Below, one piece after another: positions 55,497-64,000 of a DNA stretch of 64,000 nt. Under the pieces are notes generated by a model. That model was not told where the DNA came from and did no database searches. It saw nothing but the letters and a program-made list of their open reading frames with translations. The DNA comes from Burkholderiales bacterium. GTDB lineage: Bacteria; Pseudomonadota; Gammaproteobacteria; Burkholderiales; SG8-41. The stretch lies in contig JBBQAO010000005.1 in the NCBI GenBank assembly GCA_038316355.1, positions 12,351-76,350 of the forward strand. The letters are read 5' to 3'. How positions within the stretch are numbered: the stretch's first letter is position 1; each line of letters begins with the position of its first letter. The translations under genes were made by a program, and so were the position numbers.

Positions 55497-55793
55497 TCAA
55501 TTGCTGGCGGGGGCGGCTCCGGCCTTGGGTTCGGCCTTGGGTTCGGCCTTGGCTTCGTCCTTCTTCGGCGCATCGGCGGATTTGGCGGCATCTGCCTTCG
55601 GCTTGCTGCCTTTGTCCTTGAAGTCCGTCGCATACCAGCCGCTGCCCTTCAACTGGAAACCGGCCGCAGTCACCATCTTGTTCAATGTTTTTTTGCCGCA
55701 TTCCGGGCAATCCGTCAGCTGCTGATCACTGATGCGTTGCAGAAATTCCTTCTGGAAACCGCACGCCCCGCATCGATATTCGTAAATTGGCAT
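55497..55793 (-). CDS. FmdB-family zinc-ribbon protein
   Basis: MPIYEYRCGACGFQKEFLQRISDQQLTDCPECG, followed by a Lys/Ala/Glu/Pro repeat tail (KAEPKAEPKA). Confidence 0.85.
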   Translation of the reverse strand: MPIYEYRCGACGFQKEFLQRISDQQLTDCPECGKKTLNKMVTAAGFQLKGSGWYATDFKDKGSKPKADAAKSADAPKKDEAKAEPKAEPKAGAAPASN

Positions 55794-55984
55794 GGCGCAA
55801 CCCAAAAAATCCAAAAAAGCATTATACCTTAGAAGGTTACATGCTCTTTCGGCAGATATCCGGGCGTCCCCGGCGCCGTGCAAGCCCCCCGCCGCAGCGC
55901 GCTTGGCGTGACGCATCAAGCACGGCACAATCAGGGTCAAGCCAGCTTGTTGAACAAAAAGCATTTCCCCCAAAAACACCCGCC

Positions 55985-57160
55985 ATGCCCAGCCAGATTC
56001 TTGTCCTCAATGCCGGTTCGTCGAGCATCAAATTTGCGGTGTTTACTGCCGGCCAGTCCTTGCAGCGCACCGTGCAGGGCATGATCTCCGGCATCGGCTC
56101 GGTCGGCACATTTACCGCTCATCGCAACCAGCAGTCGCTGCCCGGCAACTTGCCCGCTGCGGCCCTGAACCACGAAACCGCGCTTGCCTGGCTGTTCGCG
56201 TGGCTGGATGCAGGAGATCACGCACGGCATCTGGTCGGCGCCGGCCATCGCGTCGTGCATGGCGGCGAGCGGCACGACACGCCGGTCATCGTCGATGAAT
56301 TTAACCTCGCTGCGCTGGAAGCGCTGGTGCCACTGGCGCCGCTGCACCAGCCGCACAATCTGGCTGCCATCAAGGCACTGCTCAGGCTGCGCCCCGCGCT
56401 GCGGCAGATTGCCTGCTTCGATACCGCGTTTCACCACACCCAGCCCGCTGTCGCCCAGACCTTCGCCCTGCCACGCGCCGTGACCGCCGGCGGGTTGCGC
56501 CGCTATGGCTTTCACGGCCTGTCCTATGAATTCATTGCCGGCGCGCTGCCGGGCGCAATCGGTGAACGGGCAGACGGGCGCGTGATTGTTGCCCATCTCG
56601 GCAATGGCGCGAGTCTTTGCGCCATGCGTGGACGTAAAAGCATGGCGACCACGATGGGCTTCAGCACGCTGGATGGCCTGGTCATGGGCACGCGCTGCGG
56701 CAGCATCGATCCCGGCGTGCTGTTCTACCTGATGCGCGAAAAAAAAATGTCTTCCGCCGAAGTCGAGGACATGCTGTACCGCAAATCCGGGCTGCTGGGC
56801 ATTTCGGAAATCAGCAACGACATGCGCACCCTGCTCGAAGCCGATGATCCGCGCGCGCGCGCCGCCATTGAGCAGTTCGTTTATCGCGCTACGCTGGAAA
56901 CCGGCGCGCTCGCCGCCGCGATGGAAGGCATTGATGCGCTGGTATTTACCGGCGGCATCGGTGAGCACGCCGCACCGATCCGCGCCATGATCTGCGAAAA
57001 ACTGGCGTGGCTGGGTATTGCACTGGATCCCGCCGCAAATGCGCGCAACGCCCTGCACATCTCAACCGCCAACAGCAGAGTCTCCGTTTGTGTGATTCCC
57101 GCAGATGAGGAAACGGTCATCGCGACACACACCGGCCGCCTGCTCGACGTGCCGCGCTGA
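55985..57160 (+). CDS. ackA: Acetate (propionate) kinase
   Basis: MPSQILVLNAGSSSIKFAVF..GHRVVHGG..FDTAFH..YGFHGLSY..AHLGNGAS..GGIGE. Confidence 0.9.
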   Translation: MPSQILVLNAGSSSIKFAVFTAGQSLQRTVQGMISGIGSVGTFTAHRNQQSLPGNLPAAALNHETALAWLFAWLDAGDHARHLVGAGHRVVHGGERHDTPVIVDEFNLAALEALVPLAPLHQPHNLAAIKALLRLRPALRQIACFDTAFHHTQPAVAQTFALPRAVTAGGLRRYGFHGLSYEFIAGALPGAIGERADGRVIVAHLGNGASLCAMRGRKSMATTMGFSTLDGLVMGTRCGSIDPGVLFYLMREKKMSSAEVEDMLYRKSGLLGISEISNDMRTLLEADDPRARAAIEQFVYRATLETGALAAAMEGIDALVFTGGIGEHAAPIRAMICEKLAWLGIALDPAANARNALHISTANSRVSVCVIPADEETVIATHTGRLLDVPR

Positions 57161-57166
57161 AGGAAT

Positions 57167-57190
57167 AAAAAAAACCGGGGATCACCCGGC
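57167..57190 (-). terminator. Terminator after ssb (short GC stem + T9 on the minus strand)
   Basis: On the minus strand, CCGGG-TGATC-CCCGG is followed by TTTTTTTTT. The stem is only 5 bp. Confidence 0.5.
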
Positions 57191-57211
57191 TTTGATGATG
57201 AAAATCCCGGT

Positions 57212-57676
57212 CTAGAACGGAATATCGTCGTCCATGTCGTCGAAGCTGCCGCCGCTTTTTTTCGCCGGCGCCTTGCCACCACCACCTGCAGCCGCGGCGA
57301 CGGGTTCGCGCATGCCACCGCCCTCTCCACCCGCGCCGCCACCACGTCCGCCGAGCAACTGCATGCGGTCAGCAACGACCTCGGTCGTATAACGATCCTG
57401 CCCTTCCTTGTCCTGCCATTTGCGGGTGCGGATCCGTCCCTCGACGTAACACGGCGAACCCTTTTTCAGGTACTCGCCGGCCACTTCAGCCAGCCGCCCG
57501 AAAAAAGAAATCCGGTGCCACTCGGTATGTTCCTGCTTGTCGCCGCTTTTTTTGTCTTTCCATGCCTCGGTCGTAGCCAGAGTGATGTTCGTCACCGCCT
57601 CACCACTGGGCAGGTAACGTGTCTCCGGGTCTTTGCCGAGATTGCCGATCAGAATCACTTTGTTAACCGATGCCAT
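57212..57676 (-). CDS. ssb: Single-stranded DNA-binding protein
   Basis: [45 protein letters not shown].. with a Gly-rich tail ending DDDIPF. Confidence 0.95.
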   Translation of the reverse strand: MASVNKVILIGNLGKDPETRYLPSGEAVTNITLATTEAWKDKKSGDKQEHTEWHRISFFGRLAEVAGEYLKKGSPCYVEGRIRTRKWQDKEGQDRYTTEVVADRMQLLGGRGGGAGGEGGGMREPVAAAAGGGGKAPAKKSGGSFDDMDDDIPF

Positions 57677-57766
57677 GTCAGTTTTTCCTTTTGATATTTA
57701 ATGCCTGATCACTGCCTGAAGATCCGCCCGGCACATCCGGTTCAACGCAGCCATCGCCGGGAAGGT

Positions 57767-58960
57767 TTACTTCAATGCCGCCACCGGCGGCACGCGCATG
57801 CCGAAAGCGAGTATAAGCCAGATCGCCAGCAGCACAGCATCGAGGACGACGACACCGGAGGCACCCCAGTGCTTGTAGAGAATCCCGCCCGCTACGGCGC
57901 CGAGAAAGGTGCCGAAAAACTGTATGGTGCTGTAGAGGCCGATCGCCGTGCCCTTGGCATGTGCCGGGGCAAGACGCGTGGTCAGCGTCGGCAGCATCGC
58001 TTCCAGCACATTGAACGGCACAAAAAACACCAGCAAAAACAATGACAACAACCACAGGTTTCCGCTGAGCCACGGCAATGCGAGATGCCCCGCCAGCAAC
58101 AGCGCCACCGCGATGATGAACCACCGTCGCAGCAGCTCCGGCTTGCCGGCCTGCATGATCGGCGGCAGCATCAGCACGAAGGAGCCCAGCATCACCGGCA
58201 GGTAAACCTTCCAGTGTTCGGCCACCGCGAGACCGGCGTCGCGCAGGCTGAACGGCACCACGATGAACAGCGCCATCAGCACCGCGTGCAGCGCAAAAAT
58301 GCCCCAGTTCAGCCGCGCCAGTTGCGGATCCAGCAACACGCTCCAGAAATCTCTCAGTCCGCGGCCCGGCGCCGGCGGTACCGGTGGCGGATCCGGAATG
58401 AAACGCCACATGACAACCATGCCCGCCAGCGCCAGCACACCGGTCATCGCAAAAATACCCGGCACGCCGATCACGCGATCCAGCCAGGGACTTGCGATCA
58501 GCGACAGCGCAAACGACGCGCCGACGGTGGAACCGATCATGCCCATGGCCTTGGCGCGCTGCGATTCGCGGGTCAGGTCAGCCGTCATCGCAATCACCGC
58601 GGCCGAGATCGCGCCTGCGCCCTGCAGGATACGGCCGAGGATGACCATGTAGATGTCCGGTGCCAGTGCCGCGATGAAACTGCCGATCGCAAAAATCACC
58701 AGCCCGATGTAAACCACGGGTTTGCGGCCGATGCGATCCGACCACCAGCCGAAGGGGATCTGCAAGATCGCCTGAGTCAGTCCATAGGCACCGATGGCGA
58801 TACCCACCAACGTCAGATCGCCGCCGCCGGGCAGGCGTTCGGCGTAAATCGCGAATACCGGCAGGATCACGAACATGCCGAGCAGACGCAATCCGAAAAT
58901 TCCGGACAATCCGATGCTGGCCCGTAACTCAAGCGGGGTCATTTTGTTGCTGGATGACAT
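57767..58960 (-). CDS. MFS transporter (divergent from uvrA)
   Basis: Start at ATG 58960 ([34 protein letters not shown]). [11 protein letters not shown] loop motif. Confidence 0.85.
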   Translation of the reverse strand: MSSSNKMTPLELRASIGLSGIFGLRLLGMFVILPVFAIYAERLPGGGDLTLVGIAIGAYGLTQAILQIPFGWWSDRIGRKPVVYIGLVIFAIGSFIAALAPDIYMVILGRILQGAGAISAAVIAMTADLTRESQRAKAMGMIGSTVGASFALSLIASPWLDRVIGVPGIFAMTGVLALAGMVVMWRFIPDPPPVPPAPGRGLRDFWSVLLDPQLARLNWGIFALHAVLMALFIVVPFSLRDAGLAVAEHWKVYLPVMLGSFVLMLPPIMQAGKPELLRRWFIIAVALLLAGHLALPWLSGNLWLLSLFLLVFFVPFNVLEAMLPTLTTRLAPAHAKGTAIGLYSTIQFFGTFLGAVAGGILYKHWGASGVVVLDAVLLAIWLILAFGMRVPPVAALK

Positions 58961-59076
58961 GAAATGGGGCGCGGCGAAAAAAGGCGGCGAAATCCGGTGC
59001 CTGGGCGCAACAGTTGGGAGGAACAGCGTATGCGCGTATATTAGCAGGTTCACTTTTGCTCTCTCCGGGCCCTTTC

Positions 59077-62016
59077 ATGACTGTGCATTCCACACCGCCG
59101 AAACTGGTCTCGCTGCCTGTGGTCGCCACAGCGGTCGCCACAATGGCCCCCAACAAAGCCGCACCGCAGGCATCCGACGTGCCGGTGCCGCCTGCGGGCA
59201 GCGCGCAAATCCGTGTGCGCGGCGCCCGCACCCACAACCTGAAAAACATCAGTCTCGACCTGCCACGCAACAGCCTGGTGGTGATCACCGGGCTGTCCGG
59301 TTCGGGAAAATCATCTCTGGCTTTCGACACGCTGTATGCGGAAGGCCAGCGTCGTTATGTCGAATCGCTGTCGGCTTATGCGCGGCAATTCCTGCAATTG
59401 ATGGAAAAACCCGATGTCGACCTGATCGAAGGCCTGTCGCCGGCAATCGCCATCGAGCAGAAGGCATCCAGCCATAACCCGCGCTCGACCGTCGGCACCG
59501 TCACCGAGATCCACGATTACCTGCGCCTGCTCTACGCGCGCATCGGCGAACCGCACTGCCCGGAACACGGCACCCTGCTCGCCGCGCAATCGGTCGCGCA
59601 GATGGTCGACCATGTGCTGCAACTGCCGGAAGACACTCGGCTGATGATCCTCGCCCCGGTGGTCAACGACCGCAAGGGCGAGCAGAACAACCTGATCGAC
59701 GAACTGCGTGCACAGGGTTTCGTCCGGGCGCGCATCGACGGCAAGATCCACGACATCGACGCGATGCCCACGCTGAAAAAGAACTCGAAACATTCCATCG
59801 ACGTGGTGGTGGACCGGATCAAGGTCCGCCCCGACATCCGGCAGCGACTCGCGGAATCATTTGAGACGGCGCTGCGCCAGGGCAATGGCCGCGCGCTGGC
59901 GACGGACATGGACAGCGGCCAGGAGTTTGTATTCTCGGCGCGCCTCGCATGTCCGACCTGCGGCCAGGCCTCACCCGAAATGGAACCGCGGCTGTTTTCG
60001 TTCAATAACCCCGCCGGCGCCTGCCCGCGCTGCGACGGTCTGGGCGCGATCACCTTTTTCGACCCGAAACGCATCGCCGCATTTCCCGAGATGTCCCTCG
60101 CCTCCGGCGCCATCAAAGGCTGGGACCGCCGCAACCAGTTCTATTTCCAGATGCTGCAGGACCTCGCTGCGCACTACGGTTTCGATGTCGAGGCACCGTT
60201 CGGTGAACTGACCGAAATCTCGCGCAATGCCGTGCTCCATGGTTCCGCCAAGACGCAGATCAAGTTCACCTATGCCGGCGAGCGCGGCAAGTCGTATGTC
60301 AAGGAACACGCCTTCGAAGGCGTGATTCCCAACCTCGAGCGCAGGCACCGCGAGACCGACTCGCCGGTGGTCAAGGAAGAACTGTCGAAATACCTGAACA
60401 CGCAAACCTGCCCGGATTGTGAAGGCACGCGACTGCGATCCGAAGCGCGGCACGTGCTGGTCGCCGGCCAACCGATTTACGCCCTCTCCGCACTGCAACT
60501 GGGCAACGCGATGCGTTTTTTCGAGGAACTGGCACTGACCGGCGCGAAACAGGCCATCGCCGAAAAAATCGCTGGTGAAATCCGCAACCGGCTGCGTTTT
60601 CTGGTCGATGTCGGCCTCGATTACCTGTCGCTGGATCGTTCGGCAGACACGCTGTCCGGCGGCGAATCGCAGCGCATCCGCCTCGCCAGCCAGATCGGTT
60701 CCGGATTGACCGGCGTGATGTATGTACTCGACGAACCTTCGATCGGTCTGCATCAGCGCGACAACACACGACTGCTCGGCATGCTGAAACGCCTCCGCGA
60801 CATCGGCAATTCGGTGATCGTCGTTGAACACGATCAGGATGCAATCATGAGCGCTGACCATGTGATCGACATGGGCCTGGGCGCCGGCGAACACGGCGGC
60901 CACGTCATCGCGCAGGGGACTCCGGCCGAAATTACCGCACACGCCGAATCGCTGACCGGTCAGTACCTGTCGGGACGCCGCCGCATTGATGTGCCGGCCT
61001 TGCGCCACAAGGTCAATCTGAAGCGTCGGCTGGTCATCAGCGGCGCCACCGGCAACAATCTGAAGGACGTCAGCGTCGGCATTCCAGTCGGTCTGTTCAC
61101 CTGCGTCACCGGTGTCTCGGGTTCCGGCAAGTCAACATTGGTGAACGACACGCTGTATCAGGCTGTGGCCCGCGATCTCTACGGCAGCAACCTTGATCCG
61201 GCGCCCTGCACGGCCATCGAGGGCACCGAGTTTTTCGACAAGGTGGTCAATGTCGATCAGAGCCCGATCGGCCGCACGCCGCGCTCCAATCCGGCAACCT
61301 ACACCGGGCTCTTCACCCCCATCCGCGAACTGTTTGCCGGCGTGCCGGAAGCGCGCGCCCGCGGTTACGGCGCCGGACGTTTTTCCTTCAACGTCAAAGG
61401 CGGTCGCTGCGAAGCCTGTCAGGGTGATGGCGTGCTGAAGGTCGAGATGCATTTTCTGCCCGACATCTATGTGCCCTGCGACACCTGCCACGGCAAGCGT
61501 TACAACCGCGAAACCCTGGACATCCGTTACAAAGGCCGCACGGTGCATGAAGTGCTGGAAATGACCGTGGAGCAGGCCGTTGAATTTTTCAGCCCCGTGC
61601 CGGCCATTGCCCGCAAGCTGCAGACCATGATGGATGTGGGCCTCGGTTACATCACGCTGGGCCAGAGTGCGACCACACTGTCCGGCGGCGAAGCCCAGCG
61701 CGTCAAACTCGCGCTGGAGCTGTCCAAACGCGACACCGGGCGCACGCTGTACATCCTCGACGAGCCGACGACCGGGCTGCATTTCCATGACATCGACCTG
61801 CTGCTGCGCGTGTTGCACCGCTTGCGCGACCACGGCAATACCATCGTCGTCATCGAGCACAATCTCGATGTGATCAAAACCGCCGACTGGATCATCGACC
61901 TTGGCCCCGAAGGCGGCGACGGCGGCGGCCGCATCCTTGCCGAAGGTCCGCCAGAAGCCATTGCAGCCCATCCGTCCAGCTACACCGGCACCCACCTGAA
62001 GACCGTGCTGTCATGA
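59077..62016 (+). CDS. uvrA: Excinuclease ABC subunit UvrA
   Basis: ..[50 protein letters not shown].., a zinc-finger Cys pattern and two ABC modules. The start is uncertain (ATG 59077 or 59143; neither has a clear SD). Confidence 0.9.
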   Translation: MTVHSTPPKLVSLPVVATAVATMAPNKAAPQASDVPVPPAGSAQIRVRGARTHNLKNISLDLPRNSLVVITGLSGSGKSSLAFDTLYAEGQRRYVESLSAYARQFLQLMEKPDVDLIEGLSPAIAIEQKASSHNPRSTVGTVTEIHDYLRLLYARIGEPHCPEHGTLLAAQSVAQMVDHVLQLPEDTRLMILAPVVNDRKGEQNNLIDELRAQGFVRARIDGKIHDIDAMPTLKKNSKHSIDVVVDRIKVRPDIRQRLAESFETALRQGNGRALATDMDSGQEFVFSARLACPTCGQASPEMEPRLFSFNNPAGACPRCDGLGAITFFDPKRIAAFPEMSLASGAIKGWDRRNQFYFQMLQDLAAHYGFDVEAPFGELTEISRNAVLHGSAKTQIKFTYAGERGKSYVKEHAFEGVIPNLERRHRETDSPVVKEELSKYLNTQTCPDCEGTRLRSEARHVLVAGQPIYALSALQLGNAMRFFEELALTGAKQAIAEKIAGEIRNRLRFLVDVGLDYLSLDRSADTLSGGESQRIRLASQIGSGLTGVMYVLDEPSIGLHQRDNTRLLGMLKRLRDIGNSVIVVEHDQDAIMSADHVIDMGLGAGEHGGHVIAQGTPAEITAHAESLTGQYLSGRRRIDVPALRHKVNLKRRLVISGATGNNLKDVSVGIPVGLFTCVTGVSGSGKSTLVNDTLYQAVARDLYGSNLDPAPCTAIEGTEFFDKVVNVDQSPIGRTPRSNPATYTGLFTPIRELFAGVPEARARGYGAGRFSFNVKGGRCEACQGDGVLKVEMHFLPDIYVPCDTCHGKRYNRETLDIRYKGRTVHEVLEMTVEQAVEFFSPVPAIARKLQTMMDVGLGYITLGQSATTLSGGEAQRVKLALELSKRDTGRTLYILDEPTTGLHFHDIDLLLRVLHRLRDHGNTIVVIEHNLDVIKTADWIIDLGPEGGDGGGRILAEGPPEAIAAHPSSYTGTHLKTVLS

Positions 62017-63293
62017 CACCGGAGCGCGCGCGGGAATTGCTGGATGGCAGCTTTGCTGCCGCGCTGGCCGCCGCTGATCCGCTGCAGATCGTCCCCGGCC
62101 ACCTGCCCGCGCCACCCAAGGGGCGCACGCTGGTCGTGGGCGCCGGCAAGGCTGCAGCAGCGATGGCGCTGGCCGTCGAGCAGCATTGGCCGGCAACGGC
62201 AGCGCTTGATGGCCTGGTCATCACGCGTTATCAGCACGGCCTGCTGACCAACCGCATCACCGTGATCGAAGCGGGACACCCGGTGCCGGACGCTGCAGGC
62301 GAGCGGGCGGCTGCGGAAATCCTCAAAAAAGTCAAAGCGCTGACAACGCAGGATCTGCTGCTGGTGCTGGTCTCCGGCGGCGGCTCCAGCCTGCTGTCGC
62401 TGCCGACCGAAGGCATCACCATGGCTGACCTGAAGCAGGTGACCAAGCAGTTGCTGATGTCCGGTGCGCCGATCCAGGCCATGAATACGGTACGCAAACA
62501 CCTGTCGCTCATCCAGGGCGGACGGCTCGCCGCGGCCTCACCCGCGCCGGTGCTGGCGCTGGTGGTTTCCGACGTCACCGGCGACGATCCGACACACATC
62601 GCGTCCGGTCCCTGCGCGCCGGACCCGACCACTTACCAGGATGCCATCGACATCCTCCAGCGCCACGGCGTCCAGCCGCCGCCAGCCATCGCTGCGCACC
62701 TCGCGCGCGGTGCGCGCGGCGAAATTGCGGAAACACCCAAACCCGGCGACCGTGTTTTTGCAAAAACGGAAAATCGGGTGATCGCCACTGCGCAGCAATC
62801 GCTGCAGGCTGCTGCGGATTATTTCCGCGGTTACGGCATCACGCCGGCAATTCTCGGCGACTCGGTGACCGGTGAGGCGCGAGAAGTCGCCAAGGTTTAC
62901 GGCGCGCTCGCCCGCGGAATCCGCCAGCACGGCGCGCCATGGCCGGCGCCGGTGGCCTTGATCTCCGGTGGCGAATGTACGGTCACCGTGCGCGGTGAGG
63001 GCCATGGTGGGCGCTGTGCCGAGTTCCTGCTGTCGCTGGCCATCGACCTTGATGGCGCCCCCGGCATTCACGCCATGGCGTGTGACACCGACGGCATTGA
63101 CGGTTCTGAGGACAATGCCGGCGCCGTATTGACGCCGGATACGCTGCAACGCGCGACGCGCAAACATCTCCACGCAACGGCACTGCTTGACCAGAACGAC
63201 GCCTACCGCTTTTTCGCATCCACCGGCGACCTCGTGGTCACCGGCCCCACCCGCACCAACGTCAATGATTACCGGGTGATACTGTTAACCTGA
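62013..63293 (+). CDS. Glycerate kinase type-2 family (hydroxypyruvate reductase-like, DUF4147/MOFRL)
   Basis: ..[60 protein letters not shown]... The start overlaps the uvrA stop (ATGA). Confidence 0.8.
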   Translation: MTPERARELLDGSFAAALAAADPLQIVPGHLPAPPKGRTLVVGAGKAAAAMALAVEQHWPATAALDGLVITRYQHGLLTNRITVIEAGHPVPDAAGERAAAEILKKVKALTTQDLLLVLVSGGGSSLLSLPTEGITMADLKQVTKQLLMSGAPIQAMNTVRKHLSLIQGGRLAAASPAPVLALVVSDVTGDDPTHIASGPCAPDPTTYQDAIDILQRHGVQPPPAIAAHLARGARGEIAETPKPGDRVFAKTENRVIATAQQSLQAAADYFRGYGITPAILGDSVTGEAREVAKVYGALARGIRQHGAPWPAPVALISGGECTVTVRGEGHGGRCAEFLLSLAIDLDGAPGIHAMACDTDGIDGSEDNAGAVLTPDTLQRATRKHLHATALLDQNDAYRFFASTGDLVVTGPTRTNVNDYRVILLT

Positions 63294-63312
63294 TCCGACC
63301 AGCAGAAACAGT

Positions 63313-63330
63313 ATAAGCCATTGTTTTTAA
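63313..63330 (+). repeat. AT-rich intergenic motif ATAAGCCATTGTTTTTAA (related to 30909-30932)
   Basis: It begins 19 nt after the glycerate kinase stop and shares ATAAG..ATTGTTTTTA with the 30.9-kb and 49.5-kb copies. Confidence 0.55.
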
Positions 63331-63367
63331 AAAGTATTAAAAGGATTCGCCTGCGGGCAACGCCAAC

Positions 63368-63395
63368 AAAAAACCGGGCAAAGCCCGGTTTTTTT
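63368..63395. terminator. Bidirectional Rho-independent terminator
   Basis: AAAAAA-CCGGGC-AAA-GCCCGG-TTTTTTT, between the convergent glycerate kinase and rplQ genes. Confidence 0.85.
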
Positions 63396-63417
63396 GTGGA
63401 TCACGCAATGCCGCGGA

Positions 63418-63813
63418 TCAGGCTGCTTCCGGCTTGGCTTCGGTCTCCGCCACTTCCGGACGGTCCAGCAGTTCGACATACGCCATCGGCGCATTGTCGC
63501 CCTTGCGGAAACCGAACTTCAGGATGCGCAGGTAACCGCCATTACGCTTGGCAAAACGCGGGCCCAGCAGATCAAACAGCTTGACCACGTTTTCGCGGTC
63601 GCGCAGGCGATCGAACGCCAGACGGCGATTCGCCAGCGTGGGCTTCTTGCCAAGAGTGATGATCGGCTCCACGACTCGCCGCAATTCCTTGGCTTTGGGC
63701 AAGGTGGTTTTGATCGCTTCATGGCGCAACAGTGAATTGGCCATGTTACGCAGCATCGCGAGGCGATGGCTGCTGGTGCGATTGAGTTTTCGTAAACCGT
63801 GACGATGACGCAT
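63418..63813 (-). CDS. rplQ: 50S ribosomal protein L17
   Basis: [50 protein letters not shown]... Confidence 0.97.
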   Translation of the reverse strand: MRHRHGLRKLNRTSSHRLAMLRNMANSLLRHEAIKTTLPKAKELRRVVEPIITLGKKPTLANRRLAFDRLRDRENVVKLFDLLGPRFAKRNGGYLRILKFGFRKGDNAPMAYVELLDRPEVAETEAKPEAA

Positions 63814-63822
63814 GATGCCCTC

Positions 63823-64000
63823 TTAGATCTTTTCCAGGCCGGCAGGCGGCCAGTTTTCCAGCTTCATACCCAGCGTCAGGCCGCGGGATGCCAGCACTTC
63901 CTTGATTTCGTTCAGCGACTTCCGACCCAGGTTCGGGGTCTTCAGCAACTCGGTCTCGGTGCGCTGAATCAGATCGCCGATGTAGTAGATGTTTTCGGCT
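63823..64000 (-). CDS. rpoA: DNA-directed RNA polymerase alpha subunit, C-terminal end (5' part outside window)
   Basis: Hand translation of the minus strand gives ..[58 protein letters not shown]. Confidence 0.9.
   Translation of the reverse strand, partial: AENIYYIGDLIQRTETELLKTPNLGRKSLNEIKEVLASRGLTLGMKLENWPPAGLEKI

Noticed and set aside
55521-55556. A tandem 12-nt repeat (GGCCTTGGGTTC x2 plus one variant), considered as a possible CRISPR or VNTR.
   Set aside because: It lies inside the FmdB-family CDS and simply encodes the (KAEP)n low-complexity tail. There are no spacers and no array.
59117-59131. A CTGT-N7-ACAG palindrome upstream of or within the uvrA 5' region, considered as a LexA SOS box.
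   Set aside because: The spacing is 7, not the canonical 8, the flanks do not match CTGTATATATATACAG-type boxes, and it probably lies inside the coding region.
1-64000. rRNA, tRNA, tmRNA and CRISPR arrays, and defence or secretion gene clusters.
   Set aside because: Reading both strands by eye, I found no T-arm-like GGTTCGAATCC motifs, no rRNA-like conserved blocks, no regularly spaced direct repeats, and no nuclease, helicase or reverse-transcriptase-type ORFs. A tRNAscan, Infernal or CRISPR-finder run would be needed to be certain.

Overview
This 64-kb, high-GC chromosomal segment looks betaproteobacterial and Burkholderiales-like. The taxon call is inference, based on four Bug/TctC-type binding-protein genes and on the FmdB-DUF502-aspS, ssb-MFS/uvrA and rplQ-rpoA neighbourhoods. 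All family names come from reading the translations and motifs from memory; no search was run.

The left two thirds (1-43 kb) is accessory:
- Small catabolic/transport units with AraC, TetR, LysR, MerR and Crp regulators.
- A roughly 9-kb run of tiny stress-type genes (5.9-14.9 kb): 2x CsbD, 2x lmo0937-type, 2x CxxC/glycine-zipper, DUF3096, DUF1840, a ferritin-like protein and a Cys-pair lysine-rich secreted protein. It contains a decayed PAS-GGDEF gene and ends at a degraded IS.
- A redox-flavoured cluster (fasciclin, SOUL, flavoprotein, SDR, Cys-rich mini-protein, DCC, VOC, DUF3429, MerR, HiPIP).
- A LysR-controlled TcuA-like flavoprotein + three tandem MmgE/PrpD paralogs + Bug operon.
- A lower-GC 3.3-kb insert (LysR, Bug, GH-A-like hydrolase).

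The right third (43-64 kb) is mostly core: egtD, pbpG, an OmpR/TctE-like two-component pair, an ABC exporter, nadA, nudB, an RNase/barstar pair, aspS, ackA, ssb, uvrA, glycerate kinase, rplQ and the rpoA 3' end.

I saw no rRNA, tRNA or CRISPR array.

The signals least explained by the gene list are:
- Two families of short AT-rich intergenic motifs. One is an exact 23-mer present at two loci; the other is a 19-mer placed exactly 4 nt before the ATG of two unrelated membrane-protein genes.
- An orphan minus-strand terminator with upstream hairpins at 45.3-45.5 kb, a candidate sRNA or small protein.
- A 131-bp MITE-like palindrome in a divergent promoter.
- Several pseudogenes.
- A 1.3-kb stretch without a convincing gene.

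I found no clear-cut novel multi-gene system such as a defence island. The candidates above are hypotheses that need searches or expression data.
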